Assembly (NCBI RefSeq): GCF_004010195.1
Contig: NC_057753.1
Location: 8,341,309 to 8,405,308, forward strand
From: Chiloscyllium plagiosum
Taxonomy: Eukaryota
Reading direction: 5' to 3'
DNA: 64,000 nucleotides
Of this stretch, positions 63,321 to 64,000 are shown piece after piece. Position 1 is the first letter of the stretch. Each line of letters begins with the position of its first letter. The notes beneath the pieces were generated by a model. It was given only the letters and a program-made list of their open reading frames with translations. It was not told the origin of the DNA and searched no databases. The position numbers and the translations under genes are program-made.

Positions 63321-64000
63321 GTCTGGAATAGATTCAAAAACAGCATGTCGAGTGGAATTTCGCAGATCCTTTTTGCAAGTTGAACAAATGTAGTTTTGAT
63401 TGCCTCTGCCGAGAGGTAATTTCTATATTCAATTATCGCTGTGATTGACGCGATTAAATTGAATTCAAAGGATTGTGCGAGCATGATCTGTAGAACTGGC
63501 CCTCGGATTAAAATGCTGCTATTCAACCGACTGAACTACCAGGACTCCCTGCTGCTGGCCGCTATCTTCTCTTCTCCAGGTCAGTTCCGAATTGGCAGTT
63601 GTTGGTCTGGTCAGCGATGTTCACGTCTCAGAAATATTTCTTTAAAAAGATTTGCCTTTCAAAGTAAATGGAAGCTGCAGACTGAACACGAGACAGAACT
63701 GGTCTAGCAGAGACTTATAGACTCAGAATCAATGTATCCATCACCTTTGTTTGACTGATAATGCCTCCACACTCACATCCAGTAACCAGGGTTGACAGGT
63801 TCAAAATGTACCTCAAACAGAGCCAGTTAGTTAGAGATGTAAAATGAATCTCACATCCAGAAACTGGAAGACAGAAGGTCCGATAAAAATTCGTCTCACC
63901 TTCACATTTGAAACAACGGGCTGGCAGTTTTCACTCAGCTTCTGAAGTATTGGCTGCTATTAGGAAACTTGGTACAAGATGATCTGCATAGTTAATATTC

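Noticed and set aside
300..63707. Most other short ORFs in the track
   Set aside because: Antisense or off-frame readings of decayed transposons, or chance ORFs without motifs or splice support

Overview
Eukaryotic, repeat-dense vertebrate DNA, almost certainly from a cartilaginous fish (shark-like): it is dominated by CR1-clade LINEs, HE1-type V-SINEs and Penelope-like elements. I can support only one host gene, a two-exon class A GPCR of the GPR139/GPR142-like group (exon 1 33315-33384, exon 2 34754-35658, 324 aa). The ORF track misses its first exon. The most notable insertion is a decayed but nearly complete endogenous retrovirus on the minus strand (about 41653-50115, with a 500-N gap in gag). 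It has LTRs, a tRNA-His-like PBS, gag, pro, RT, RNase H, IN, a gamma-type env and a PPT, plus what looks like a 2H phosphoesterase domain between protease and RT. Other observations: minimal hammerhead ribozymes in Penelope termini, a tRNA-headed LINE with no ORF1, two intron-containing Harbinger Myb/SANT remnants, and several local templated duplications. All calls come from reading the sequence by eye; no searches were run, and boundaries of old repeats are approximate.
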